A stretch of DNA of 64,000 bases from Eukaryota sp. TZLM1-RC (GCA_040285825.1 JAUPSS010000001.1:3224001-3288000); one strand, 5' to 3'; shown: positions 1 to 12,945, counted from the first letter of the stretch. Made by a program: numbers and translations. The notes: generated by a model from the letters alone, not told the origin.

Positions 1-1350
1 ATGAGAATGGTGGTGATCCCAAATCATCAAAGCACGTTCGCCCATTGGTACTCCTGCAAGTTCAATCCCTTCCGTAAGTTCAGCTCTGACTCGTTTCAAA
101 TAATTCCCTACTACATATCTCAAATACTCGACAATACTATGTCCATTTTGCCACTTTGTAACAGCAGCTTTTGATACACCCTTATATTTTGGTGATAAAG
201 AGTGAATTACTTCACTGGGCCATTCATAATTTGGAACACTGACTTGTGTTTTACCTTCCCGAATCAATTGTAATGGCAGCAAATCTCCAGCTTTCGAAAT
301 TGTAAGTGTTGCTGTGTTGCATCCTTTATCACCTAATCCTTGAATACTGACTTTTTTCTGACCTTTTGGAGCATAAGTTTTTCCCTTTACTGGAATCCAG
401 GGTACCATGTTTCATCCATCATCAGTACTGGGCGCCGGTGATAGTCTTCTGCTGCATCCATGATTGCACTCATTTCTACGGCTGCATGTTTGGCTTCAAC
501 AGGAGTCAATTTTCTGGCAATGGTAGGCTTTTTATTACTCTATTGCATATGATTTTTCAAAAATGAATACGCCCAGTAGGGGCTAAATTCAATTGATCCG
601 CCATTACATTTCAATAAATTACCATATCCAGAGCTAATCATCAATTTTTTGGCTGTAGAGGCAACAATCAATGGGGTTATTAATGTACTGGCCTACTCCA
701 TAGCTGAAATTAAATTCACCAACTTTTTCTGCATGTTTGTACCAATTAAAGGGCATCTTCCTTTCTTTGGTCGATCGAAAAATTCTTTTTTAATTCTATT
801 AGACAACTTAGGCTCATCACATCCTTGAAGAACAAACTTAGCTTTCAAAGCAAGATACTCTTTTTTATATGGGCTGGCATTGGACTTGTTCATACCCTTG
901 AAGCGGGCCAACTTGCAACAATAGCTTGCTGTTCTTTGTTCTTTCACCATATACTCAGCAAGTTCAAAATGGCGTTCCATAGGCCAAGGATTATATGGAG
1001 ACTTGGCCCTGTCAATGTTGGTGAGGTTGCAGGGTGATTGTAGCACGTCTTTTGCCGTTAAACGATCCTCAGGTGGAAGATGTTCCAGCACTTTTTCAGC
1101 AGTGTCGACGTTCAAGACGTCCAAAGTGGTGGGTCGTTCAAAAAATACTCATATAGACGTCTTTGTTTTGAAACAGGTTCAAGAGCTTTGTCAGGACTGT
1201 TCATTGGGTGAGAGATGCCAAAGAGGGATGTTTCGTCTTCGTGGGCTATAGTGGTTTACTATCTTGACTGCCAGCCCTTGGCTTTTTTCTCTTCTTAACA
1301 GAACGTTTCGTTGATTCGTGAACTATCAAGCATATACATAGACGAAAACC
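1..1350 (-). mobile_element. Degenerate pogo/Tigger-type (DDE_1) DNA transposase; runs off the window start
   Basis: Minus-strand translation gives MMDETW (first catalytic D), a frameshift, then KTYAPKGQKKVSIQGLGDKGCNTATLTISKAGDLLPLQLIREGKT and ERALMIWDHHHSH (second D, LxxWD..SH). These are typical pogo-family motifs. ORF 693-1124 ends in GRCPLIG..QKKLVNLI, like the start of a CENP-B HTH. Several stops and frameshifts. The right boundary is approximate. Confidence 0.75.
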
Positions 1351-1416
1351 ATGTCTAACATTTCAATATAGAACAATAGTTGATACATTTAGTGTTTCTA
1401 TAAAATTCTGTTATCT

Positions 1417-3270
1417 GTGTTTACTCAGCTATCTGTGCCTTTTTTCAATTCATTTTATGGAAAATCATCAACATTGGTCTATGAAAACTTTGACCTGCTT
1501 TCTTCTTCAGGTGTTAAACAAGGCGATCCACTTGGTCCTTTTTTCTTTTGTCTGGCAATTCATCCATTAATGTGCGAATTAAAAGAAAAATTCCCAGAAA
1601 TAGATATTGTAGCATATATGGATGACATTTCTGTAATTGCTCTTATCACAATTCTCAAACAAATAGCAACTTTTAATCAACAGCGTTATGAAGATATTGG
1701 TCTCTCATTGAATATCTCCAAATGTTTGATTATTGGCCATGAACCAATTGATTTTTTCATTAATGATGTCAATGTCCCCTTTATCAATTATGATCAGTCT
1801 GGTTTTCGTTTTTTGGGTTGTTATCTCGGAAATATTGAAAAAGTCAAAGGCCAACTTTCGACTCTGTTGACTCAATTTGGGAATGAATTGGAATCAATAG
1901 AAAATTTAAATATTGAGAAACATTTGAAATTCTTTTTCCTAAAAATTTGTTATTCTGGAAAATTTACTGATATTTTGAGGTCAACATCACCATCAATTTC
2001 TTTGGAGTTTTGTCGCATTTTTAATGAACAAAGAACCAATTTTTTAGCAAAATTATTGGAAATTGATGCATCTCAGTTTCGAAGCCACATTTTTTGTGGT
2101 ACAAATTTTGGTGGTGTTGATTTTCATAAATCAAGCTACCTTTGTAAAGCTGCCTTTTTTGGCGGTGGGACAAATTTTATTTATGAATTTGTGAATCGTT
2201 TTCCTGAAAAAATTGATCTCATTGAAAATTGTGGCAGCTCTTGTCTTATTTCTTTGCAACAAGCAATTGAAACTCTTTCACCCAATATTTGGTCTAAATG
2301 TTTCCCCTATGATATTGTGGAACTTCCTCCAAGAAGCTTGCTCTCCCCACCTCTAACTTTTGCAAAATTGCAGAAAAAAGTCTTGAAAGTTTTAGAATAC
2401 TTGGATTATATTGTACGTCTTAGCTTGGCTAAAGAACAAAATCCCGTTTTTGCAAACTTTTTGATTGATCTTGAAGACAGTTACTCAAGTTGCCTAATCT
2501 CCCAAATTCCCAACAATTATGGCCTTCTACTTAATGATCACCAATGGACCACTGCAATGAGAATGAGATGTTGTCTATGGCCTTGTTCTTTACCAAATGA
2601 TTTAATTTGTCGCTGCAAGAGTGTTGTTACGCTTTCCCATATTTTAAACTGTAAGTATTTTATAACTTGTCGCTCAATTGTTCATGACTCAGTTCGTCAT
2701 CAATTAAATGCCATGTGCAAAAGTTTCAATATAGAGGCATTTATTGAGCCATTAGTACGTAAGCTGTCTTCAGATCAAACTGATGATTCAGATTTAGTAG
2801 CTCCAGGTATCGATGGTGTTCTCAATGTTGTAGATGTTGTCTCAGTTGATGTTTGCCAAAATTCTGCTGCTCGTTTAGTGTATTCCGCTGATTCGCCGTT
2901 ATCTAACGCCGAAAAAAAGAAGATAAAAAATATGAAGAACCTTTGGCACAGTTAGGTAGAGTGGAACATATGAAATATCAGTTTGTGCCGTTTGCAATTT
3001 CTCTTTTTGGCAATATTGGACCTTCAGGGTTGCACTTTTTTGAAATTTTCAAAAAGTGTTACTAAATAGGTCTGGTAAAACAATGAATTCCACTTTCTTG
3101 TTAAATAGAATTGTTTTTTGCATTTTCAAGTCTATTCCAACAATGATTTCAAAGGCACTTTTAGCTATTGGTGTAGAATATGAACGTAATGCTGTGAGTA
3201 GGTTTAGTAATAGTGACGCTTGTTTGGAGGATATAGAATTCTAGACAGAATTTTTTATCTCAATAAACAT
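1417..3270 (+). mobile_element. 5'-truncated CRE-like non-LTR retrotransposon (RT-CCHC-RLE), family C
   Basis: RT motifs SSSGVKQGDPLGP, AYMDD, FRFLG; knuckle CRCKSVVTLSHILNC; RLE RSIVHDSVR..EP..D. A frameshifted tail runs to 3244 (LLNRIVFCIFK), with AATAAA just after the stop. Confidence 0.9.
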
Positions 3271-3380
3271 TCCAGATAAAAAAAAGTTTTGAAACAACCA
3301 ACTTGATTCATCTCATCTGCATTCATCCTTCAATAATCTCCACAGCTTCCTACTTTTTGACATTTTGGTGCAGATAGCTG

Positions 3381-6300
3381 ATGTCTAAAAGACTAGCCTC
3401 CACTACACTTCCGTCTTCCAAGGTATCCAATGTTCAACCAATGGAAGAACTTGATGACCCAAACCCTGCTGTCCTTTCTACACATCCAGCTTTACCATCA
3501 CAACTTCCCAATGTTTCACTCAATCGTCCTCCTGAAATCATATCTTCTCGATGTTCTCTCCCAGTCATTCACGAAGAACAGCCAATTGTCGAAGCTATTC
3601 GCTATCACGATGTCTCCATCATTGTAGGTCCCACAGGTTCAGGAAAATCCACTCAACTCCCCCAGTTCCTCTATGAAGCTGGTTTTGGTCATTCAAATCT
3701 TGGTTTAGGTCGTATTATCGTGGTTCAGCCAAGACGAATTAGTGCAATTTCACTAGCCCAAAGAGTTGCCTTTGAAATGGGTTTTAAACTGGGTATGGAG
3801 GTTGGGTATCACGTGAGATTTGATCGTTGTTGTTCTGAAGACACAAGGATTTTGTTTGTTACGGATGGTATTTTGGTGCAATATTTGAAGAGTGACGTTT
3901 CTTTAGGTCAAAATCCCAAGTCATCAGGTCAAAATGACACGTCATTGGTGACGTCAGCAGTTATTGTAGATGAAGCACATGAAAGAAGTGTAAACACCGA
4001 TGTTTGTCTTGGCATGTTGTCAATCAGTTTAAAGCTCAGAAATAAAATGATGACGTCATCAGATCAAAATGCCGCATCTCCACCAGATCAAAAAGCACGT
4101 GTGTTTCCCCTGAGATTAGTTGTCATGTCTGCAACTATTTCCACTGAAACTTTTATTAATCCAATGCTGTGGGATACCCCCAAAATTTTAAATATTGCAC
4201 CAAAAATTTATCCAATTTGTACTCATTTTTCTAGGACAACGGATCATGATTATGTCAAGGCAGTTTGTTTGAAAATTTCGCAAATTCACCGAAAATTACC
4301 ATGTGGTGTAATTTTAGCTTTTGTTCCTGGAAGTGACGACTGTATAAGGATTTCTAAAATTTTGAATCAAAAGTTTGGCGATGGAGCAGAAGGGATCACG
4401 AGACGTGGCAGTGGGGATCTTGACAAGTTGTCACAAGATGGTGAAATTTTGGATGTTTTTGGTGCAGATTTTGATGATTATTTTGATGATGACAATATCA
4501 ATGATTCACAATATTTTGACGAAAATTTGGATGATCTCTGCTTGGAAGATGAACATGTCGAATTTAACCAACCGAATGATCCACAGACCCAAATTTTGGT
4601 CAATGACAACAATAGACTTTCCGACAACATGTCAGCTCAAGAAGAGATCATAAGGGGTCAAAATACACAACTCAAAATTAAAGCGTTTCCCCTCTATTCT
4701 TCATTACCCAAAGCTCAACAAGAAGCTTTACTAAATTTTCACAAATCAGAAAACTCTACAGTCGATGACGACTGTAAACCTCACTGTAGACTCGTCATTG
4801 TGGCCACAAATGTGGCAGAAACTTCCTTAACCATTCCAAATGTACGCTATGTCGTAGATTCAGGACGTGTCAAGCGCCGAATATTTCATCCCATTACGGG
4901 AGCTTCGACTTATCGAACTGGACTGATCTCCCAGGCTTCAGCCCAGCAGAGGGGAGGCAGAACAGGTAGAACTTGTCCAGGTCATGTGTTTCGATTGTAT
5001 TCCTCGGCAGTGTTCAATGATACAATGCCGAAAACGGAAACTCCAGAGGTTTTAAACTGTCAGATTGATGGATTAATTCTGCTGTTAAAGTCTATGGGAG
5101 TAGAGAAAGTCAATCAGTTTCCGTGGGTGACGTGTCCTGATGACGTGTCATTGAGATCCGCTGAAAATTTGCTTGAAATTTTGGGAGCAGTTGTCAATTC
5201 GAAGTTGACAAGTTTAGGTAAATTAATGTTGAAGTTTCCAGTTAGCCCAAGATTTGCGAAAATTTTGATTGCAGCTCACAAATTGAATATTTTGAGCCAC
5301 GTTTTGACTGCCGTTTCATTACTTTCTGTCGATAATTTATTACTCACTACAGGTCAACTTGTCGACAATAAGGATCAAGAAAATTCATCTGAAAATTTGG
5401 AATGGCGACATTCTTTTGGAGACGTACATTCTTTTATTAATCTTTTTCGAGTTTATTCTACCAACGATGCCAGCCACCAGTTGTTTTTAAAACAATTAGT
5501 CAACAAAAATTCATTTCACACAGCAGAAAAATTAAGGAAACAGCTGATCAGTATTGCTGGCATGGTTTTCTCTTGTGAAGTCTCTTCCCTCTACAATGAG
5601 GTCTACAGTGATCCTTTCTCGAGTGTCACTGCGACCAAAATTTCAAAAGCCTTTCTCACTGGGTTTGTTGATAATGTCGTTCGAAAAGAAGGTAGAGGCA
5701 ATAGCTTTTCAAGCAATTGTCTCCACATTCCAGGAATCAGCCATTCTGATACTGAGGTTGTTTTAAAAGTGTCATCAAGATCAACTCTATATTCATCAAA
5801 ATTTCCCCAAAATTTGGTTTTTTTGGACTTGACAACACGTGAAATTGGATCAGATGATCTAAATAAAATGGTTTTCAGGATGCCTTTGGTGTGTAAAGTG
5901 GATCTTTGTTGGATTTCTGAGTTGTTTTTACCACAGATGGTTAATCCCCGTGACAAATCATTCACAAAATCAATCAAAAAATTGATTGAAAAATCCAAAA
6001 GTCCTAAAATTTTCACTCTATCTGCACCCCAGGTAGCTCCTTCTCCTTTCTACTGTAGTCGGTACGATGACGTCATGTGCCACGTCATTCCTGAATTTGG
6101 ATTATATAATAAATGGAAACTGAGCCCAGTAACCATTCCTCTAAAGTTTTTTGATCAACAACAAGCTGTTCGTATTTTTGCAAATTCTTTGCTCAAGGGT
6201 GAGGTATTTTCCAAATTAAAACAATTCAGTTGTTCCTTGGTGATGCCCCCCAGCATTGTACTCAGACCAAGTTTAAACACAAAAGTAAATTCTTTTCTTA

Positions 6301-6446
6301 AAGTTTTGAAAGTACTGAACATTTCGTCCCAAGCAGAATTAATTTCTTTTTGGAAGGAAAAACCGGCATTACTTTTATCACAGTATTTGGATTTTGTAAA
6401 TCCTAATCAAAAAGCAACTGTTCGGAAATTCTGGCCGCCAATATAA
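3381..6446 (+). CDS. DHX37: DEAH-box RNA helicase DHX37/Dhr1 (SSU processome)
   Basis: 1021 aa. Motifs GPTGSGKST, DEAH, MSAT, ATNVAETSLTIP and QRGGRTGR. The N-terminal RPPEI..R..LPV..EEQ.IVEAI and PQFLYEAGF, plus an acidic insert in RecA2, match Dhr1/DHX37. Confidence 0.9.
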   Translation: MSKRLASTTLPSSKVSNVQPMEELDDPNPAVLSTHPALPSQLPNVSLNRPPEIISSRCSLPVIHEEQPIVEAIRYHDVSIIVGPTGSGKSTQLPQFLYEAGFGHSNLGLGRIIVVQPRRISAISLAQRVAFEMGFKLGMEVGYHVRFDRCCSEDTRILFVTDGILVQYLKSDVSLGQNPKSSGQNDTSLVTSAVIVDEAHERSVNTDVCLGMLSISLKLRNKMMTSSDQNAASPPDQKARVFPLRLVVMSATISTETFINPMLWDTPKILNIAPKIYPICTHFSRTTDHDYVKAVCLKISQIHRKLPCGVILAFVPGSDDCIRISKILNQKFGDGAEGITRRGSGDLDKLSQDGEILDVFGADFDDYFDDDNINDSQYFDENLDDLCLEDEHVEFNQPNDPQTQILVNDNNRLSDNMSAQEEIIRGQNTQLKIKAFPLYSSLPKAQQEALLNFHKSENSTVDDDCKPHCRLVIVATNVAETSLTIPNVRYVVDSGRVKRRIFHPITGASTYRTGLISQASAQQRGGRTGRTCPGHVFRLYSSAVFNDTMPKTETPEVLNCQIDGLILLLKSMGVEKVNQFPWVTCPDDVSLRSAENLLEILGAVVNSKLTSLGKLMLKFPVSPRFAKILIAAHKLNILSHVLTAVSLLSVDNLLLTTGQLVDNKDQENSSENLEWRHSFGDVHSFINLFRVYSTNDASHQLFLKQLVNKNSFHTAEKLRKQLISIAGMVFSCEVSSLYNEVYSDPFSSVTATKISKAFLTGFVDNVVRKEGRGNSFSSNCLHIPGISHSDTEVVLKVSSRSTLYSSKFPQNLVFLDLTTREIGSDDLNKMVFRMPLVCKVDLCWISELFLPQMVNPRDKSFTKSIKKLIEKSKSPKIFTLSAPQVAPSPFYCSRYDDVMCHVIPEFGLYNKWKLSPVTIPLKFFDQQQAVRIFANSLLKGEVFSKLKQFSCSLVMPPSIVLRPSLNTKVNSFLKVLKVLNISSQAELISFWKEKPALLLSQYLDFVNPNQKATVRKFWPPI

Positions 6447-6789
6447 ATCAATAGTGCTTTTTTTAGTTTTAGTTTTCTTTAGCCTGATGTTTATTGAATT
6501 AAATTTATTTAATTTTTGCCTTTTTATTGACATACTTATTCTGAAAAACAGAACATCTGCACGTAAGATATGCTGATTTCTTTACAATTTCTGAAGGAAT
6601 TAACTCTGAAGTCTAACTCAAAGTATGATGTATTTATTACTAATCATCTAATTGTTTCTCTTTGTTGACAACTCAATTCAATTGTTAATAGGAAATATTG
6701 TGATTTCTATTAGTTTCATGTACTTAACTGCATGTTTTGCACTCTTGTTGACAACAATTGGAGTTGTTTCAGTAAAAGATAAAAAAAAT

Positions 6790-7110
6790 TTAATTCATCT
6801 AATAGGAATATTAAATCATGAAATACACAACTAAATTTGATTTGATTTGTAAATGTGAATCAAAAATTTGCTTTTCCCTACATGGCACGCTTGGACCACT
6901 TGCTTTATCTTTCTTGTATGATTTTGTTAAAATTGTAAAACAACGTACAGGAAGAGTTTTTGACAAAACGTTTTGGCAGAACAGAATTGTATTTTCAATT
7001 GTTAAAGGTATTGTCCTGTTATTATCTTTTGCTTTGTTATCTCTTGGTCGTTTTTATGAAGGGAAAACTTCCAGTCACTTTTTATTGGCTGCTTTGGTAG
7101 CTTTGTATTT
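6790..7110 (+). mobile_element. 3' remnant of a CRE-like element, family E (internally deleted)
   Basis: LICKCE joined directly to FSLHGTLGPLALSFL..FWQNRIVFSI. Shares CATGGCACGCTTGGACC with the remnants at 35600-35870 and 45720-45810. Confidence 0.75.
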
Positions 7111-7114
7111 CTAG

Positions 7115-8270
7115 TGTATTAGTTTCGTCTATTAGTTTAAGAAAAGAGAATACATTCCTCTTCGTAATAAATAACACTACATCCATTGTAAGTCTAACAC
7201 TAACGAGCAAAGGCCATCAATACGTATTGGGTCGCCTTCGGCTCAGCGTAGGATCCCTGAAGAAGAGACTGGTCCCTCTTCTTCTCAACTAAACGCAGAT
7301 CAAGTTTCCTTGTCTTTTTCTGTCAAAGTTTTTACGCTTTCTGAAGCAACTCCGTTTTCGAGCGAAGTTCCCGCACTTCCCAAAGACCCCTTTTTTGAGG
7401 ACATTACTCCAACGAAAAGAAGCCCACCCCATGAGGATTCCATTCCTTTGGAAGGAGAAAATTCTCCTCAGGACTCCATTCCTTTGAAAGGAAGAAGTTC
7501 TTCGTTGGTTCCATACGACGAAGACGTTGAGGACTCTGGAGCTCCGTTTTCTACCTCGCTACAGAGGGAATCTGAAGGGCCACCTTCTCCCACCCCTCAA
7601 AGAAGTTCAAAAGTTCCACCGTCACCTTCTAGTCAAAGCAGAAAAATTGTTCAAATTTCTCCGGCTACAAAGGAAAAAACTGGAGTTTTAGCTCCTCCCT
7701 CTCTTCTAAAGGTCACATAAAGTACCATCTTCTTCCCTTTCCGCAGATTCTGAGGGATCACCCTCTCACTCTCAACAGCTTCCCTCAGTTCCAACTGTTG
7801 GACGGCCTGTACAACGTCCTGTAGTCCCAACTTCGGGATCTCCAATCACTACTGCCACAGTCAGCGGAGTGAATAATCTCACTGTTTCTCCTCCTCTCAC
7901 TAGTGATTCCATTCCTAGAGCTTGAAGACTTCCTTCTAATCTTTCCGTATAACAGAGGAAAACTTATGAGGAGTTGTTCGCTGGTTTAATAGACTACTTA
8001 GAAGAATCCTCCACTACTGATCACACTGAGGTACCTTCGACGGAACCGAGACCAGAGGTAGCTGAACCTATTCGAGAACAACGGAGTTGGGAACTAGATA
8101 GAGAGATTTAAGCCAGGAAAGGAACATCCTCTACACCGGCTCAACAATGAGTTCAATCTGCACCCTTCATTTCCCTCTACTCTGGCTCCTTCGCTAGTGT
8201 TTACTCCACATCCACAAAACCTGCCTCCCCTACATCAAAACAATTAATTGTTAAAGATTCAGAAAATTTC
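7115..8270 (+). pseudogene. Decayed Pro/Ser/Glu-rich coding region of unknown origin (possibly the gag-like 5' part of a mobile element)
   Basis: Higher-GC block with a 136-aa Pro/Ser-rich ORF (7310-7720) and broken continuation. No recognisable domain. Confidence 0.3.
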
Positions 8271-8289
8271 CCAAATGAAGAGAGTAAAT

Positions 8290-9890
8290 CAGAAATAATT
8301 TACCATTCCCTTAAAAAAGAAAATACAATCCTGTTTTGCCAGTATACACGATTGAAAATTCTTCCAGTTCTTTCCTTTACAACTACAACAAAATCTTCAA
8401 GTAATGCCATAGAAGTTTTACCTAGAAATGCAAGCAAAAAAGTTGTCAAAGAAAAAAAGTGACATAAATTATACTGGCTGTGAGAATTTTTATTTAAATA
8501 GGGCATGGTTTCGCGTATTTAGCAATTTTATATTTTTCGCCAGCATGAAGAAGATTATTTACTTCTGAGTTAATGAAATGTTCGTTAGAAGAATTGGCAA
8601 GGGTCAATGGACATAGCGCCTAAAATAGTAATACTACCACTTAAACCGAGAACATCCAAATCACCTCTTGTCAGACCCATAAAAGCTCTGTTGTAGCGCG
8701 TACTATCAATATTGGGGTCTTCAAGAACTAATTTCGATAGCAAAGGCTCTAAAAAGGATTCTACTCGATATGATTTACAAATTACATAAATTTAATCTCC
8801 GACATTATTATGCACTTTTTTTCTGAATATAATGAAATGTTTCTTGTTCAAAAGATGAGTAAACAAAAGAAGTTTATCACATTTACATGTTAAATAATTG
8901 GGCAAATTGTTTGGCCATAGAAAACAACGCAAACGCATGTTTAAAAGCCATTTATTGTTTTTTAACAAAAGTACATAAACAGAGGGAATTTGCGTTACTC
9001 AAGCAGCAGCAAAATTATCACGAATGTCCTTTAAAACATTTCCGAAAGCGGGATTTTTAGTTCTGGCCAAGCAAAATCTTACTTTATAATCGAAGCTTTC
9101 ATATAATTTAGCCAGATGGTGCCGAAGCTTTTTCAGGAAAAACGTCAATTCAGAAGTGATCGGTTGGGAATTTCTTGAACATTCTGAGGAAAACACAGAA
9201 TCCAGATATCACTGGGCAAATAATCTAATTCAAATTGAAGTTGATTTAGGTTAAATCTGGGTTCACCATTGATTAGATGAACATCATAAGGGAACCTTTG
9301 GAAAAATTCAAAAATAAGATTTTTTCCACCTAGCAATGCTGCTTCACACAAAATCGAAGATTTAGTGAAACCAATTCCACCCAAATCAGCAGAACAAAAT
9401 ACATAACTTCGAATTAAAGATTCATATACTTCTAATAAAGTAAACAAAAATTTGACCCGAAGTTTGTTGAAAGAACTGCAAAAATCAAGAGATACCGAAG
9501 GGAAAAGTTGACCTTAAAATATGAGTAAATATTCCAGAATAACAAATTTTTAAACTAAAAAATTTGAGCACCATCAATCAATAAAGATTGTTTTGTTCTA
9601 CCAATCAAAAGACATTTAGATGGATTCAAAGATAATCCAATTTCTTTGTATTTCGCGGCAATGCCTTCAGAAAACCTACAAATGCTTTCAAAAGAACCGA
9701 TAATAGAAATATCATCCATATAACCAACAATACGCAATTCATGGAATTCTTTTTGGGTCATTTCAATAGTATTATGGATAGTCAAACAAAAAAGCAATGG
9801 ACCAAGAGGGTCACCTTGTTTCAAACCAGAAGAAGATTCAAGGGTAAAGGTCTCAAAAATTAAGTCTGACTTTTTTCCATAAAATAAATA
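8290..9890 (-). mobile_element. Degenerate CRE-like non-LTR retrotransposon, family D
   Basis: Minus-strand fragments KQGDPLGPLLFC..GYMDD (9555-9824), LGGIGFTKSSILC (9145-9447), KNPAFGN (8999-9196) and YWQNRIVFS (8300-8506). Confidence 0.88.
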
Positions 9891-10197
9891 AAGATTTGCA
9901 CTCTTGTTAACAACAATTGGAGATTTTTCAGTAAAAGATAAATATCTGAAAATATCTGTAACAATCAGCTGGAGCTCAAACTTTCATAATCACTGACACT
10001 AACACCATCCATCACTACACAATTAAAGTAATGTTGGAAATTTTAAAGGTGACACATGGGACGCACAAAAAACAACATTTCAAATATTTAAACCCAATTT
10101 AAAATATTGCATGTTCTCTAACATCAAGAGATTAATGATGGAGTAAGATGCTTTCAAAAAAGTTCTAGTTTTGCTTGATGTAGAAATTGAGAAAAAC

Positions 10198-10279
10198 TGC
10201 AAGCGACGAGACTCGAACTCGCGCGGCTCACGCCATAGGGGCTTAAATCCTACACCTTAACCAACTCGGTCACGCTTGC
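10198..10279 (-). tRNA. tRNA-Leu (anticodon TAA), 82 nt
   Basis: Reverse complement is identical to 25317-25398: acceptor GCAAGCG/CGCTTGC, D-loop GG, long variable arm, TTCGA T-loop, discriminator A. Confidence 0.93.
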
Positions 10280-10419
10280 GGTCACCACTATAGAGTACAT
10301 GCTTTATCTAAATCAAAAGCCAACAATATGATAGGATTTTCTTGCACTTCTTTTTTTAGTATTTTGTCAAATAGCTGTATGTTGTGGTAGTTTTATTGAA
10401 AATGTTGTTTTTTAATTTA

Positions 10420-10645
10420 ATTTATTTATTAAAAAACTTATGATTCAACATCTAAATAATCCATCTCTCCCAAAACAAAACAACTACATGCAACTCTTTC
10501 ATAGTGAGATCCAAGAGAAAGCAAAGCATCAGAAACCATCTACAACATCCCCTTAAAAATAGAAAACACAATGCTATTTTGCCACAACAATCTGTTGAAA
10601 TCTCTGTTTGTTATCATTTTAACAATTAATTACAATTAGTTATTT
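10420..10645 (-). mobile_element. 3' end of a family-B CRE-like element
   Basis: Reverse complement aligns to 51270-51480 (WQN.IVFSIFKGML...VLGEMD.LDV, stop, AATAAA). Confidence 0.85.
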
Positions 10646-10654
10646 TTTCAGAAA

Positions 10655-12084
10655 TTAAATTCATCTTATCAAACGAAAAAATTAACCAAATGATGATATT
10701 TGATAAACAGAAACATATCAAATTTACCATTATCAGACTATGTTTTAGCTGCAATTTTAATCATATATTTCGTTCTACAAATCCTCTTGTCACTAGGCCT
10801 TTGGCCCAGAAGTTTAATGACCTTCGCGCTAAGGTCTTGTCACAATTACTAGGATGTAAAATGTTTTAAATTCCTGATCATGCTTATCTTAGTCCACATT
10901 ATGGCGGTTTAGGTTGGACAAAGGCTTCCATTCTTACTTCGTGTGTTTTTATCGGTGGATGTAGAAATGTAATTCTTGAGTTTTCTGAAAGATTTGGAGC
11001 TTGGGTTTGGAACGCAAAGTTTTACTATTTTTGCATTAGATGAAGAAATTTCAAAAATTGATGTAGAAGAATGGAATCGATGCTTTCCCCAATCATTCAA
11101 TGGTAATATTCCGTAAAAGAATTATTTAATTTTAAAATGCACTCTTCGAACATTACAGAAACGATTGACTGGAATGTATGAATATGATCTTTAAAAAAAA
11201 TATACAGCTCGTCTGTTTTAAATCAAGATCTTCACTCATTGCTATTGGAAAATGGTGTTTGTGAAAATCAGTCATCATTTTCTTCACTGTTTGTGACCAT
11301 TGTGCCACGAAGATTTGGACTGTATGCTACTAATGAAGCGCTTGTGACAAAAATGACATTATATTTGAATATTTTCATTAATCAAAAATTATTAAAAGAA
11401 AAATGTATTTGTTCGAATTCACCTCAACTCACTTTGCGTCATGCTTTGAGTCGTTCTAAATTGATAACATATCGTTCTTCATTACATGATGCTGTTAGAA
11501 ACACTGTTTTCAATATGGCACGAACTGCAACAATCTCGTATATTAACGAGCCTCTGCTGAACGAAACACTGTTATTGAATAATTTTGGTTCAAATGACAG
11601 AGGTGATATATACTGTGATTAGATTGAGAACTCTGAAACTGTTGTTGATTTTGTGTCCTGTAATGTTGCAAATGACAATTTGGTTCAAAGAAGAAAACTA
11701 AATCCTGTAGGTGCTCTTGAATTTGAGGCCAAAGAAAAACATAGAAAATATGACAAAGATATTGAAGAAGCTGATGTTGATAGAAATAGACCGCTTTTTT
11801 ATTGCTTTCCCATTTTCTATAAACGGAAGACTATCAGGCAGGAACTTTTTTGAATGATTTCCAAAAAATGGTTCAAGAAAAAACAATGAAAAGATTTGAT
11901 ACCTTTTATGGTGCTCTCGAATTCATTTTGCCATTGTGAATAGATTGCCTCGGTTTTTCAATAGAATTAGAGAAGCTTTAGCTAGACAACAAGCAGTTTA
12001 AGGTTTTGTAGAGGAAATTTTGGTTCCATGAATTTCGTCCCATTAGTTATGTGTTTATTCTTTTAAATGTGCAAATTCAACAAA
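10655..12084 (+). mobile_element. Family-A element, post-RT to 3' end (segment inverted relative to 12085-12945)
   Basis: Colinear with the reverse complement of 26083-27525 (KHIKFTIIRLCF, CICSNSPQLTLRHAL, DRGD, KEKHRKY), with several stops. Ends GTGCAAATTCAACAAATT. Confidence 0.9.
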
Positions 12085-12945
12085 TTACTTATCAAACCAT
12101 TCTTTGGTAACTTCATCATTATTTGCTAAAACCGGACCCAAATGACGAATAGCATCAGTTGAATATAATTTGGCTTGAATTTCAGTACCATCAACTATTG
12201 TAGAAATTGGAGAGTTTGAAAGTAAAACACATTTAAGTAAGTTGAGTCGAAGGCCAATATTGTTGAATAATTCTTTGAAACAAAAAGTTGCTTCTCTGAC
12301 AATCGTTAAGTCAGCTATAAGAACAACATCATCCATTTAAGCAATCATTTTCAAGGAAGGAAGCATTGCTGGAATTTGTAATAAAAAAGAATGAATGGCA
12401 ACACAAAACAACAGAGATTTATAAGAATCTCCTTGCTTAGCACCACATGGTGATTTCAAATTAGAACCAGCAAAATGCAAATCAGAATTTGTGCAATATG
12501 TTGTTTGAAAATAGGGTAACAATTGTGGCAAATAATTCAACAAAGCAAATAGAATACTACACTGATGAATTGAGTTAAATGCATTACGAAAATCCAACAA
12601 CATACAAACATTGGATTCATTTTGATGAAATAGAACAACTGTAGCAAAGACTGCTGAAGCAACGACATCAGTGGTATTTATTCCGTGTTGGAACGGCAAC
12701 AAAATTCTTTGTGCTATTTCGTTGAATCTGTTCAAAAAATAGGAAAAAAGTATTTAATAATCATCCAACATATTCAATCATTTAACATATCCAATTCATA
12801 TTTAATATTTAAGCAGCAAGCTGAAAAAAATTTTGTGCAAATTTTCAGAAACTGTAATTGGACGAACATCCATTTTATAGTTTTTGACAAGTGCAGTCAA
12901 ACGTGAACATCTCAATTTTTCATAATATTTGAGCTGGCCAGATCA
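12085..12945 (-). mobile_element. Family-A element, RT segment
   Basis: ORFs 12337-12735 (LDFRNAFNS, GAKQGD) and 12085-12336 (MDDVVL..RHLG..NDEVTKEWFDK), homologous to 27524-28280. Confidence 0.9.
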
